A DNA stretch of 64,000 nt from Fibrobacterales bacterium (GCA_051532035.1 JAOPTW010000013.1:128001-192000); one strand, 5' to 3'; shown: positions 20,310 through 31,263, counted from the first letter of the stretch. Numbers and translations are program-made. The notes: generated by a model not told the origin, from the letters alone.

Positions 20310-20414
20310 TCAGTCATCACTTTTCTGTTGTATACGCTTCCGTAACCATTCTGTTTTGATATAAAATCGACGGAGCGCTTCAACATCTTTAAGAACTTGT
20401 TCAATCCTTGTCAT
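20310..20414 (-). CDS. Putative 34-aa small protein upstream of the helicase
   Basis: Hand translation MTRIEQVLKDVEALRRFYIKTEWLRKRIQQKSDD* with an AGAGG RBS; ends 18 nt before the helicase ATG. Confidence 0.4.
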   Translation of the reverse strand: MTRIEQVLKDVEALRRFYIKTEWLRKRIQQKSDD

Positions 20415-20547
20415 TTTGAAGTGCCTCTATTTTAAAGAACTCGTCGTATATATCCATATAATGCTTTCATTTTTGCTTCACTTTCAAATATAACTTTTCG
20501 ATAGGTTAACTTCGATATTTCAATTAAAAACCAGTAATCCAAGGTAC

Positions 20548-20579
20548 AAAAAAAGGCAGTGGAAAATCCCACTGCCTTT
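20548..20579 (-). terminator. Intrinsic terminator of the CotH-domain gene
   Basis: AAAAAAAGGCAGTGG-AAAATC-CCACTGCCTTT. Confidence 0.85.
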
Positions 20580-20613
20580 ATAATATTGAGTTAAACTCAA
20601 ATGTATCGTGCTC

Positions 20614-23600
20614 TTATGGGAGCGTTACTACTTGAATATCAGAGATATTGATATCGGTACTGCTATTACCCATATTAAAGGTAACACGTGCATTATTGTC
20701 AGAACCACTCATAGTGAATTCATACTCAAATGTTTGTGGAGCAGGAGTAAGGGTTACACTCGCAGCACCACCATAGAAACTCCATGGAGATGATGCTTTC
20801 TCAAGTGTTGCACTCATCGTTCTGGTTGCAACTGCACTTGCTGTAAAGCTAAAGCGGTACGTTTCACCATCTTCGAGGTTTACACCGATTTGATTCAGCT
20901 GGATGTTCCATGTAGCTGTTCCGCCATTAGAGATAGCAATAGTTCCTTCAGAACCATTTACAGAACGAGTAGCAGAAGCTCCAGAGAATACACCCATGTC
21001 CCAGCCAGTCCAACCGTTAGATAGGTCACCGTTAACAAGCATGTTTTCTAATACAACATCAGTTACAACAACATACTCTGCACGTCCTATCATAGCAATT
21101 GCTGCCCGGATTTCTACTCTTACCGAACATTCACCTTCTACCGCAACTGCTGTTGCAGTAAAGAGTCCTGAATCGTCAACAGTACCACACGTACCAAACA
21201 TAGACCATGTGTAGGTAACCGCATCATAATTATTACCAAATTGATCTAATGCTTGCGCAGTATATTGTTGAGTATTTCCTAGTGCCACTTCTGTAACAGT
21301 ACCTGGAGTAAAGTCAACATCCCAAAGCGTTGGAACTGCTGTTACTTCAATTGCTTTAGTAGCTGAAATACCTTCAGCTTCTGCAGTGATTACAAAAGAA
21401 CCCGTTTCAGTTGCAGTAAAGAGACCCGCAGCTGTAATGGTTCCACCCGTTGTAGAATAAGTGATAACCGTTGCTATAGGAGCGCCGTATTGATCAATTC
21501 CCGTTGCTGCAAAGGGAACAACTTCACCAACAATAACTGAAGGTACTGTTGGTGGAAATTGAATGTGGTCGAGTACCGGAGGAAGTACTACTGATGGTGA
21601 TCCCATTACTTGGAAATCATAGAGAGAAAAGCCATAGATTGTAGTACGAGTGTTGCCATACATTCTAATGTCCGTTACGCGACTCGCAGATACATCAAAG
21701 TTTTCTATGCCACCATTACCATTTGTTTCACTATAAATAGTTGTCCATGTGGTATTGTCAGCTGTTTTGACTTGAATATCATACGATTTACCAGCAGCGG
21801 CTTCCCAGTTTAATTCAACAGAGCTGATATCAAATTCTCCACCAAGAGAAACAGCAATCCATTGATTGTTTGAGTGTAAACTTGACCAGCGAGTTTCTGT
21901 TGATGCGTCTACGGCAAAATCAGATGCTTGGTTACCGCTTTCGATAGATGAAGTAGTTGTTGCTTTTTCGAATGCAATATTTTGAGGAACATCTGAAACA
22001 ATGATTGTTGCTTCAGTTACCATTCCGCCAGTCTCAGCAAAAATGGTAAATGAGCCTGCTGATGTTGCAGTGTATAAACCAGAAGTACTTATGAGTCCAG
22101 CACTCGCATTCCAGTTGAATGCAACATTCATTACGTTTCCAAATTGGTCGAGTGCTTCAGCAGTATATTGTTGAGTCTCACCAATATTGATATTTGCAGC
22201 CTGAGGTGTTATGCTCATTGTAGTTAACACAGGCTCTTCATTTACTGTAATAATAACGTCTGTAGAAACTCCAGCTGATGTTGCAGTAACTCTTGCTACG
22301 CCTGCAACCGTACCAACAAAGAGACCATTTTGATCGATTGTACTGTGAGCAGTTGTCCATGTGAATACCGCTGCAATTGAGTTACCAAATTGATCAAACC
22401 CTGCGGCAGTGAATTGTTGAGACTCACCAAAATCAATAGTGCTTATTGCTGGTGTAACCACAATAGAAGTAAGAACTGGAGCATCACTTACGGTTACTGT
22501 AGCGCTACCAGAAATAGTTCCAGAAGTTGCAGTTACAGTTACATCACCTTCTACAGCAGCAGTAAAGAGACCATTTGCATCAATAGTTCCGTTTAAAGCA
22601 GTCCAAACAAATTGTCCAGGAACAGCATTACCACTCATGTCAAACGCCTGAGCAGAAAACTGTTGCGTGCCACCAAAAGCAATGGTTGTATTATTGGGGG
22701 TTACTTCAATAGATCTGACTACCGGAGCATTAACCGTAATATTTGCAGTCTGAGAGATCCCAAATGCAGTTGCGGTAATAACTTGAGCGCCAGGTTCAGT
22801 ACCGGTATATTCACCAGTAGTTACGTCTATTTCACCACCCGTTGCCGACCATACAAAATCTGTAGGTATTGTTGTACCATACTGATCACGAAGTGTTGCG
22901 TGCATAGACATTGTCACATTATACCCAATAGTTCCGTTTGCTGGAGATATTGAAATAGTTGTTGGAACCGGTGCAGGATAAATTTCTGGATATGAATATA
23001 TTGTTAATGCATCAGCAGTCACTGAAAACTGTGCAGTACCTTCTGAAATGGCAGTTAATAGACCATTTTCATCAACGGTTGCAATTGCATCTCTATAGTT
23101 TGTCCAGATAAAATCAACACCTTCAATAACAGTACCATTGCGACCTTTTGCAATAGCCTGTAATTGTACCGACTCACCAGCTTTAAGCTCACTAACATTA
23201 GGCGCAATAACTATTTGGGTAACTGCTTGTCCATGAGAAACAGTAAATGTTGCTGTAGTAGACACTGCCCCTGATTGTACCGTTATTGTTTTTTCTTCAG
23301 GAGATTCACCATACGCTCGAGCAGTATTGTTTTCTAAAGGGAAAAGATGTACCTGGTCTCCGGCAACCCACTCAGCATCAAAAGCAATAACTCTTCCGTA
23401 TTGGTCATAACCAATAGTTTCAAAATAAACAAATTGACGAGGGCGAACGGGCCCTTGAGTATCTTGACTTATTTCAATTGTAGTCAGTACAGGATTTGGA
23501 AATTCTGGAACTTCAACAATCGTAATGTTATTGAGAGTTACATCTGAGTGAGTACCACCTACATTAAATACTAAACGTGCATCAAGGTCAGTTTCTTGAG

Positions 23601-26600
23601 CAACAAACTCAAATGAGTAGGGAGTCATAACTGTTGTGATTGGCACTGCACTGAGGTTTGCGTAGTTTGTCCATGGGCTTCCATCAGTTTCAATATGAGT
23701 TCTGAAGTTTCTGTCAGATTCCGCTTTCGCATCAAAGCTATACCGGTATTTTTTACCTGCTTCAATAGGGATATGCCGTTGTCCAAATTGAATGTTCCAG
23801 TGAGCAGATCCAGGAGTAATGATGTCAATAAATGCTTCACCGTTTCCATTAACAGTATTGTGAGCATTGGCGTTATTGAGGTCGATGTACCAGTTGGTAA
23901 ATCCATCAGAAAAATCACCATTCTGAATAAGGTTCACTTCTGAAACAACCACTGCAGCTGTGGCAATAACACCATCAGTCTCAGCAGTCACCGTGTAATT
24001 CCCGCTTAATGCAGCACTAAAGAGACCATCTGTAGTAATAGTAGCATTACCGGTAGTGCTCCATACAATATCTGAAGTTACTTCAGCACCGTATTGATCA
24101 TAGGCTACAGCAGAAAACTGTTGAGACTCACCAATTGCAATATGAGCAGCACCAGGAGTGATTTCGATAGTAGTCAATACCGGGAGACTAATAACGTTGA
24201 TATCGGTAGTGCCAGAGATAGCACCATCAGTTGCCGTTACGGTGTGTGTACCAAGATCATAGGCGATATATGTTCCATCGCCAAGGATGGTGCCTGCAGA
24301 AGCAGCCCAATCAACGCCAACACTTACTTCAACACCAAATTGGTCATAGCCACGAGCTATAAATTGCTGAGGGCCACCATGGTAAATAGTAGATGCTGCA
24401 GGTGATACTTCTATAGTAGTGAGAACGGGGAATTCTCTTATCGTAAGTTGTGTAGTAGCACTCAAACCTGCCGAAGTTACAGAAACAGATGCTGTTCCCG
24501 CTTCAATTGTTGTAACAAGACCATTTTCATCAATGGTGCCGTTACCCAATATATTCCAAGTAAAGTCGGCATCTATAGGATTACTATGTTGATCAAAACC
24601 TTCCGCAGTATATTGTTGCGTTTCACCAGCCGTAACTGATGTGGCGAGAGGCGTAAGGCTTATAGATGTAAGTACCGGGAGTGTAATGGTTTTTGTTCCC
24701 CATACTTCGAATGACCAGAGTGAGTTACCCCACTGAGTAGCTCTTGTAAACCCGTACATCCGTACATAACGAGCAGAAACTGGAGTAATGTCTATTACAT
24801 CTCTACCTGCATCGCCATTAGTTTCAGTAAATACTGTTGTCCAGTCTGTCCCGTTGTCAGATATTTGAATTTCATAGTGTTTTGATGCAGCAGCCTCCCA
24901 CTCGAGAACCACTTGTGAAATGTCATACGCATCAAGAAGGTTTACCGCGATCCATTGGTCATCTTTAAATTCTGAAGACCATCGAGTAGTACCATCAAAA
25001 TCAACGGCAAATTCAGGAGCTAAATTTGAAGCTTCTGAGGTAGAAGCGGTAGCAGCTTTGCCCAGTGCAACATTAGTCAGGGTAGCGGTTACTGTTATTT
25101 GAGTAGTAGCCGAAAAGGTTCCTGCCGATGCGGTGACACTGTGTTGGCCTACTGTAGTAGCAGTATATAAACCCGTAGAAGTAAGATGCCCTTCACCAGT
25201 AACGACCCAAAGGATTTCAGTATCAAAGGCGTTTCCATATTGGTCTAAAGCCGTTGCAGTAAACTGTTGAGTAGTACCGATTTCTAAAGAAACGGTTGAA
25301 GCAGGAGCTATAGAGAAGCTTGTCAGCACTGCAGCAGCAAGAACTTCAACTTGCGCTACAGCAGTTTGACCTTCAGCTTCAACAGTTACAACATACATCC
25401 CTTCTTCAGATGCAGTAAATACACCGTCTACAATAGATGCGGTCCCTGTAGTAGTCCATGTGTAACTCGCTGTATACGGAGTTCCATATTGGTTAGTAGC
25501 AGATGCAACAAGCGTTACAGAAGCACCGGCACCAACAGTTGATTCAACCGGAGACACTGCAATTGTTTCTAAGACAGGGGCTTCAGCAGGATTTTCTAAC
25601 CCTGGGGTTCCGTGAAGAACGTATGAGGCCGACCAGTTAGATGCATCGTCTGAATGAGTGGTAGCAGTAAGATTTAAGATATTAAGTGAAGGTCCATCAC
25701 CATCGGGTGATTCTGGCCACTCGCCTTCATCTGCATAGGTAACGTTATCGATTCTTTGACCAAATGCATCGACCATTTCAACTTGTTCATCGCCATTATC
25801 AAGCTCATCAGAGTAGTGACCATTAGGCATGTACCCATAACGACGAGTAAACTCACCTGGATTTTTAGCTATAACATAGTATTCACCAGCTTGAAGAATT
25901 GTTTCAGCGGGGAATGTATATAAAACACCTTTGCTAAATTTTGCACCAGCCATGCTTACTGCACGGTCACTTGCGTTTTTAATCTCAATAAACTCTAATG
26001 CATTTTCATCAATGTCACCATCAAGTTCATCGGGTTTGTAGTGAATTTCAGAAAATTTGATCACGTTCTCACCAATAGACTCAGTAAAAAAGATCTCTCT
26101 GACTGGGCTCCATGCTCCATCAGTTTGACGATTACGGGTCTTAATAACCTTTGCGCCAACGACTGTTGCAAAGTTTCCACCAAATTGAGCAGTAGCCGAG
26201 ACAGAACCGCCAGGAGCACGTGGATCAGTGCCATCAATAGTGTAGTACACTGTCGTATTTACTGCATTAGGATCAAGCTCGACAACGTTATCACCATTAG
26301 AAGGAATAAAACGGTCATTAATCAATGCACCTGATGCATTAAGAGTCGCTACAGGAGGTTTACGATCAGTGAACCAACCAATATTTTTCAATTGCTGTTT
26401 CACAACATTCGTTCTGTTGTCAATAAAGTTTTGTAGGTTAGATACAGCACCCCACCACGTAGCTTTTGTACGTGCGATTGTGCTTTTTTGGTCGCCCCAA
26501 CGAGCAGCCTCTGCTGTAATCGGACCCTCTGTATCGTTAATACGACGAGAAAGCATGCTCTGAACAGAGTCAGTAGTCATCGGTCCATTGTTATAGAAGT

Positions 26601-28173
26601 TACGATATGCAAGGTCTCTAAAGAGCATCTTGTATTCATCATTACTTATAAGCTTCTCATGGAGTGTTTGTGGATTAAAATACTCTCTACCGTTTAGGTC
26701 ATAAGGACCCACACGGTTCTCTTCACCAACATCAAATGAATGTTCTGCATCATGACGAACCCATTGGAACCCTTCAGGATTTACTTGGCTGATAATACCA
26801 TAAAAATTATTAAGGTATGCGTTGTTGTGCCATGAAGAAATAGGAGCATCCTTGTCACCCGTGTAGTAAATAGCGAGCATGTAGTCGATCAAGTTAGCAG
26901 CATCAAGATAATGAAACTGTGATGGGTCTAAGTCAGTACCGTTAGAAGCCAATCCTTGTAGCGCGTAATACTCAGCATCGGTTAGGTTACCTGATTGAAC
27001 TTTTTCGTACAGCTCATAATAAATATCAAGTGAACCATCAGTTGCGTCGGCTTTGCCACCTTCAGTATTAATGACATCATAAAAATCTTTGTCTTCGCCA
27101 AGGTATTGCGTTGCAAATTTTGCACTTGCCGCTTCTTGAACCATGAACAAGCCCCAATACACGCCATTTACATAGAGGTTAAAGTTAAAGCTTTTGGCGT
27201 GGAGACGCCCTTGAGCACGTTGAATATCACGAGCAAGTGGCTCACGGAGAAAGGTGTTTTTACGACTGTCATCACCTTCATCGCCCCACATGTTCCATGA
27301 GTAGTTTTGTGCAGTACGGAATCCAATTTTACGGTATTTCTGAACACCTTCATCTCCAAAGAGTGGGAACTGAAGATATTTTGGACCGTAATCTTTGTCG
27401 AAGTATACTTTAAAAGAGTGTTTTGGGTTCCAGTCACTACGGCTATACCCACCACGAAGACGGATACCACAGTTCTGTTGAAAACCATCATTGCCATTAG
27501 GGTTGATGAGTTCAATAGAACCTGGACGTTCCCATTTATTATCAAAGGGATCGTCTGCTTTTGCAGCCGTTGCATTCTCGTATATACCAAAACCTGGATC
27601 AAAAAGGTTTGGAAGTTCGGTTACCATTGAGATTGTTGGTACAGAAAGAAGCGAATTTCTTATTTCGCTAAGCGATGCAACACTTCCATCCATACCGTAG
27701 TCATAGTGTTGGCCAGAACCAGTGTTAGGTGAAGGCCATCCTGACCCAGGGGTATTCGATGATTGTTGTACAACCTCATCAATAAAGAGGTATGTAGAAA
27801 CAGCAATATCGCTGTCGTCATCCTCAGAGGGTGCTGAACCACATGCTTTGAGCGTTACTGCAGGAGTTCTTGGGCGCAGGCCGCCATAGGTTGCATTGGG
27901 ATCGATGTTCACTGTTACAGGGGTTAATCCTGATTGTGCAGTTGCAGATCCACAAGGATCGCTCCCATCAAGTGTATAATAGATCGTTGCATCTGATGTT
28001 TCAGTACTGAGTACTACATCAAAAGCATTATCGTAGAAACCTCGTTCTACAGAAAAATCTATGTCATCCACAGAGCCTGCCCATAGGGGTATGCAAGTGG
28101 TGAGTAAAAATATCAGTAATGTGTACGTACGTACAGAAAAATGACGTATCATGTGATTATGCCCTCTCATCAT
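20614..28173 (-). CDS. Secreted multidomain protein: FN3-associated domains, CotH kinase, lamin-tail domain, Ig-like (Big_2) repeats, two F5/8-type C (CBM32-like) and two CBM4/9-like domains
   Basis: IYYTLDGSDP; RLRGGYSR and LYVNGVYWGLF (CotH-like); FSEIHYKP...LEFIEIKN (LTD); repeated VLTxIxxxP...F.A.G.DQ.G; TRWSS...WEAA; NL(I/V)xNGD(F/L)S. Confidence 0.88.
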   Translation of the reverse strand: MMRGHNHMIRHFSVRTYTLLIFLLTTCIPLWAGSVDDIDFSVERGFYDNAFDVVLSTETSDATIYYTLDGSDPCGSATAQSGLTPVTVNIDPNATYGGLRPRTPAVTLKACGSAPSEDDDSDIAVSTYLFIDEVVQQSSNTPGSGWPSPNTGSGQHYDYGMDGSVASLSEIRNSLLSVPTISMVTELPNLFDPGFGIYENATAAKADDPFDNKWERPGSIELINPNGNDGFQQNCGIRLRGGYSRSDWNPKHSFKVYFDKDYGPKYLQFPLFGDEGVQKYRKIGFRTAQNYSWNMWGDEGDDSRKNTFLREPLARDIQRAQGRLHAKSFNFNLYVNGVYWGLFMVQEAASAKFATQYLGEDKDFYDVINTEGGKADATDGSLDIYYELYEKVQSGNLTDAEYYALQGLASNGTDLDPSQFHYLDAANLIDYMLAIYYTGDKDAPISSWHNNAYLNNFYGIISQVNPEGFQWVRHDAEHSFDVGEENRVGPYDLNGREYFNPQTLHEKLISNDEYKMLFRDLAYRNFYNNGPMTTDSVQSMLSRRINDTEGPITAEAARWGDQKSTIARTKATWWGAVSNLQNFIDNRTNVVKQQLKNIGWFTDRKPPVATLNASGALINDRFIPSNGDNVVELDPNAVNTTVYYTIDGTDPRAPGGSVSATAQFGGNFATVVGAKVIKTRNRQTDGAWSPVREIFFTESIGENVIKFSEIHYKPDELDGDIDENALEFIEIKNASDRAVSMAGAKFSKGVLYTFPAETILQAGEYYVIAKNPGEFTRRYGYMPNGHYSDELDNGDEQVEMVDAFGQRIDNVTYADEGEWPESPDGDGPSLNILNLTATTHSDDASNWSASYVLHGTPGLENPAEAPVLETIAVSPVESTVGAGASVTLVASATNQYGTPYTASYTWTTTGTASIVDGVFTASEEGMYVVTVEAEGQTAVAQVEVLAAAVLTSFSIAPASTVSLEIGTTQQFTATALDQYGNAFDTEILWVVTGEGHLTSTGLYTATTVGQHSVTASAGTFSATTQITVTATLTNVALGKAATASTSEASNLAPEFAVDFDGTTRWSSEFKDDQWIAVNLLDAYDISQVVLEWEAAASKHYEIQISDNGTDWTTVFTETNGDAGRDVIDITPVSARYVRMYGFTRATQWGNSLWSFEVWGTKTITLPVLTSISLTPLATSVTAGETQQYTAEGFDQHSNPIDADFTWNILGNGTIDENGLVTTIEAGTASVSVTSAGLSATTQLTIREFPVLTTIEVSPAASTIYHGGPQQFIARGYDQFGVEVSVGVDWAASAGTILGDGTYIAYDLGTHTVTATDGAISGTTDINVISLPVLTTIEITPGAAHIAIGESQQFSAVAYDQYGAEVTSDIVWSTTGNATITTDGLFSAALSGNYTVTAETDGVIATAAVVVSEVNLIQNGDFSDGFTNWYIDLNNANAHNTVNGNGEAFIDIITPGSAHWNIQFGQRHIPIEAGKKYRYSFDAKAESDRNFRTHIETDGSPWTNYANLSAVPITTVMTPYSFEFVAQETDLDARLVFNVGGTHSDVTLNNITIVEVPEFPNPVLTTIEISQDTQGPVRPRQFVYFETIGYDQYGRVIAFDAEWVAGDQVHLFPLENNTARAYGESPEEKTITVQSGAVSTTATFTVSHGQAVTQIVIAPNVSELKAGESVQLQAIAKGRNGTVIEGVDFIWTNYRDAIATVDENGLLTAISEGTAQFSVTADALTIYSYPEIYPAPVPTTISISPANGTIGYNVTMSMHATLRDQYGTTIPTDFVWSATGGEIDVTTGEYTGTEPGAQVITATAFGISQTANITVNAPVVRSIEVTPNNTTIAFGGTQQFSAQAFDMSGNAVPGQFVWTALNGTIDANGLFTAAVEGDVTVTATSGTISGSATVTVSDAPVLTSIVVTPAISTIDFGESQQFTAAGFDQFGNSIAAVFTWTTAHSTIDQNGLFVGTVAGVARVTATSAGVSTDVIITVNEEPVLTTMSITPQAANINIGETQQYTAEALDQFGNVMNVAFNWNASAGLISTSGLYTATSAGSFTIFAETGGMVTEATIIVSDVPQNIAFEKATTTSSIESGNQASDFAVDASTETRWSSLHSNNQWIAVSLGGEFDISSVELNWEAAAGKSYDIQVKTADNTTWTTIYSETNGNGGIENFDVSASRVTDIRMYGNTRTTIYGFSLYDFQVMGSPSVVLPPVLDHIQFPPTVPSVIVGEVVPFAATGIDQYGAPIATVITYSTTGGTITAAGLFTATETGSFVITAEAEGISATKAIEVTAVPTLWDVDFTPGTVTEVALGNTQQYTAQALDQFGNNYDAVTYTWSMFGTCGTVDDSGLFTATAVAVEGECSVRVEIRAAIAMIGRAEYVVVTDVVLENMLVNGDLSNGWTGWDMGVFSGASATRSVNGSEGTIAISNGGTATWNIQLNQIGVNLEDGETYRFSFTASAVATRTMSATLEKASSPWSFYGGAASVTLTPAPQTFEYEFTMSGSDNNARVTFNMGNSSTDINISDIQVVTLP

Positions 28174-28517
28174 GTGGGTCCTTCATTGGTATGTGTGTTT
28201 GTGGTTATGTAATGTTATTTGCTAACAACTGGCAATAATAACTATTATCGTCAATAAACACCTTCCGCGTTTACAAACTGTTGCGAATAGTGTCATTTAT
28301 TCCCGGATTGCTTTGTTTATGTATAAGGGCACATTTACAATAAGATGAGAAGAAAGAGATATTTTCATTTTTTGTTGCAGACACTTAATAAAGAGTAGGC
28401 TCTATACACTTCAAGCTTGTAAATGCGGCCTACAGATTTACAAGTATCACTATTAATGTTAATGCACAGTTTTATTCCCGAACAGAGAATCATTCCAAAG
28501 GTTGGGTTTCCCCCACC

Positions 28518-30047
28518 CTAACAATTCAATATACGGGTCGCCACCTCGGGGGGAATGATTTTATGTCGCTGACTCAATAACTCATCTTCTTTGAGTCGAT
28601 TGAGCATGATAGCCCGTTGCTCGAGCGACTGAAATTCTAATCCAACGAGGGCACGTCCTACCCGTTCACCGGTATAGAGATAGTTGAAATAGCAAATATT
28701 TGCCCACTCTTTAATACTCTCTAAAAATTCATGAAGAGCACCAACCCGCTCAGGAAATTCGTAGTGAAGCATTAACGGATGTTTAAAGAGCTCGACACTA
28801 TACTGTATGACTCTAAAATGTATATCTTCACTTTGTGAGACATCCTCCACACCAATGCCATTTTCTTCACACCGCTGTTTGACCATTTCGAGTTTCTCAG
28901 CTGATCCATCAAAACCAATGACGGGATAGGCTTCTGACTCATGAGATTTTCCATATTGAAACTCTACAATATTGCAGTCATGCAAAACATCGCCCATGAG
29001 CATCAAGAGGGCTCCTTCTTTCTCTGAAATAGAAAAGCGGAGGTGATGACGGGCTTCCCCATCGATACCTGCCTCTGCAGCAATAACTGCTAACTGAGAG
29101 AAATCCATATTTGCACCACAGGTAACGACCAATGCTCGTTTACCATCAAGATGCTCTTTTTGTGATAAGAGACCTGCGAGTCCAAGGGCACCTGCCGGCT
29201 CTACAATACGACGGCGCCAATTCCAAAAGCTTCGAATAGCCGTAGAGACCTCGGCATTGCTCACCGTAATAAATTCATCAATGAGTTCTTTACAGAGGGG
29301 GTATGTAAGGTCACCCGTACGTTGCACCGCGGTACCATCACAAAAAATATCTAGTTCGCGAAGAGTTACCGGTTCGCCATGTGCTATGGCAGCCTTCATG
29401 GAAGCTTGTCCTTCTGCCTCTACCCCTACTATGTGTATATTGGGCATAAAATGCTTAAGCCAGCAGGCGACCGATGCTGCCATGCCCCCTCCACCTATCT
29501 GGAGATAGACAACATCAAAATTCCCGGTACCCGACATCACCACTTCATCAGCAATAGTTCCCTGACCGCCCATTGTTACTAAATCATCATAGGGATGTAC
29601 GAATACATGATTCTCTGCTTGAGCAAATTGTTTCGCTGCTTGATATGCCTGATCATAAGTATCGCCCACTAACCGTATGGTTACATGATCGCCCCCATGT
29701 TTGGCCACCGCAGTTCGTTTCATCATTGGTGTTGGTCTGGGCATGTAAATGATCGCAGTACAATTAAGCTTTGCTGCTGACAGCGCAACTCCCTGAGCAT
29801 GATTCCCCGCAGATGCACATACAACGCCTCTCTGACGTTCTTCTTCGGTAAGGGAAGCCATCTTATTGTAGGCGCCGCGCCACTTATAGGCATAAATAGG
29901 CATTTTATCTTCGCGTTTAACCCATACATCTGCACCTGTTCCAATATCGAGTTGTTCTAATGGGGTCGGTTTACGCACTTCATAGACCCGTTGTCGTGCA
30001 AGAAGTATTTCATTGAATAGTGCTTCACGGAGTGTTGGTTTACTCAT
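28518..30047 (-). CDS. ilvA: Biosynthetic threonine dehydratase with C-terminal ACT-like regulatory domains
   Basis: KRED...AYKWRGA (PLP Lys), SAGNHAQG, GQGT, GGGG, GANMDF, FPERVGAL. Confidence 0.93.
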   Translation of the reverse strand: MSKPTLREALFNEILLARQRVYEVRKPTPLEQLDIGTGADVWVKREDKMPIYAYKWRGAYNKMASLTEEERQRGVVCASAGNHAQGVALSAAKLNCTAIIYMPRPTPMMKRTAVAKHGGDHVTIRLVGDTYDQAYQAAKQFAQAENHVFVHPYDDLVTMGGQGTIADEVVMSGTGNFDVVYLQIGGGGMAASVACWLKHFMPNIHIVGVEAEGQASMKAAIAHGEPVTLRELDIFCDGTAVQRTGDLTYPLCKELIDEFITVSNAEVSTAIRSFWNWRRRIVEPAGALGLAGLLSQKEHLDGKRALVVTCGANMDFSQLAVIAAEAGIDGEARHHLRFSISEKEGALLMLMGDVLHDCNIVEFQYGKSHESEAYPVIGFDGSAEKLEMVKQRCEENGIGVEDVSQSEDIHFRVIQYSVELFKHPLMLHYEFPERVGALHEFLESIKEWANICYFNYLYTGERVGRALVGLEFQSLEQRAIMLNRLKEDELLSQRHKIIPPEVATRILNC

Positions 30048-30252
30048 ATTGGGTCCTTTTGTCTTTATTCATCAATTGGGTCTAAACGTGTCGTCACAGT
30101 GTACCAATTCTTGCGGAAATTTTGTGTAACTTATTTATAGTTATTCTGGATCTGGAAATCAAAAGAGTCCACCTTTCTCAGTATGAGTCGTTGTTGCAGA
30201 AACCGGTATTTTTGTATAAAAATCATCGGGACTGATTTGATACATCTCCCCT

Positions 30253-31212
30253 TTACCGCGGGGCATACTGCCTCGTGATATCCTTATGAATAGACAGCCC
30301 CTCAAACATGATATCGTACTGTCTGTCATAATAACTTACTAACACTGAAACTGCCTTACAGTACACACCAGACTCAATTGATTCCACAATAATTCTTTGC
30401 TCTTCAGAGGTAAACTGTTCACGCATCAACGCAAATACCTTCAACAACTCTTCGCGATCAATAGACCCATACTCAGAAAGTATCGTCTCACACCGTTGTT
30501 CTACAGACACATCAACCCAAACCTTAGTCGCACTTGAATACAGTGTTCTAAAATTTTCAGGAACATGTATAGAACCAACATGAGGTGGTTCTAATTCTGT
30601 ATATATTACTTGCCTCGAATCTAAGGCTACAACGGATAAAAAGAGATTGAGCGCCACCTGATCAGAAGAAAGTATTGCGGTACCCATTACACCAAAACCG
30701 GAACCTCTATGCTTTGCTATTTCGGCAATAGAGATCACTTGTAAGCCTTTGTGTGTAAGAGACTTGAGGAGTTCAGTTTTTTTGGAGCCCGTATACCCAC
30801 AGAGTACTGTTAGTTTTGGCAGTGCATAATTGTATGTTCGTATATACTGCAGTACCTTAAGCATACCACCTTCAACAGTTGAAACATTGAAGCCTTTGTG
30901 AGATAAGGCTTGAGCAAGTTGCTGCTCTCGATAGCCACATGAATGACTGATCAATACAACATGTGTTGAAGTGGATTGTCTCAGTGTCTTACAAAGGGAT
31001 TCGATTGCATTATAAATAAGAGTATACTCACCCACCCTCTCGCACGCCCTCAACTGAGCCTTGGTTAATGCAAATGAAAACGTCAAAGATCCAGGTAATG
31101 AAATGCTCTTTTGACGCTTACTCTCTCTAATGTCTACAACGGTATAGCCATCGCATACACCATTTGTCGTCACAATGGTATTTAAGAGGAATTCTGGATG
31201 AATAGTTTGCAT
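30253..31212 (-). CDS. mnmH: Divergent tRNA 2-selenouridine synthase-like protein (rhodanese + P-loop)
   Basis: VVDIR, VEGG, GYTGSKKT, AKHRGSGFG, YYDRQY. The track start 31248 sits inside a terminator hairpin, so ATG 31212 is preferred. Confidence 0.65.
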   Translation of the reverse strand: MQTIHPEFLLNTIVTTNGVCDGYTVVDIRESKRQKSISLPGSLTFSFALTKAQLRACERVGEYTLIYNAIESLCKTLRQSTSTHVVLISHSCGYREQQLAQALSHKGFNVSTVEGGMLKVLQYIRTYNYALPKLTVLCGYTGSKKTELLKSLTHKGLQVISIAEIAKHRGSGFGVMGTAILSSDQVALNLFLSVVALDSRQVIYTELEPPHVGSIHVPENFRTLYSSATKVWVDVSVEQRCETILSEYGSIDREELLKVFALMREQFTSEEQRIIVESIESGVYCKAVSVLVSYYDRQYDIMFEGLSIHKDITRQYAPR

Positions 31213-31225
31213 AGGAGTATTGTTA

Positions 31226-31263
31226 GAAAAAAGAAGACCCCGCACCATATTTGATGCGGGGGC
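31226..31263 (-). terminator. Terminator closing the four-gene operon
   Basis: Minus strand GCCCCCGCATCA-AATA-TGGTGCGGGGTC followed by TTCTTTTTTC. Confidence 0.8.
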
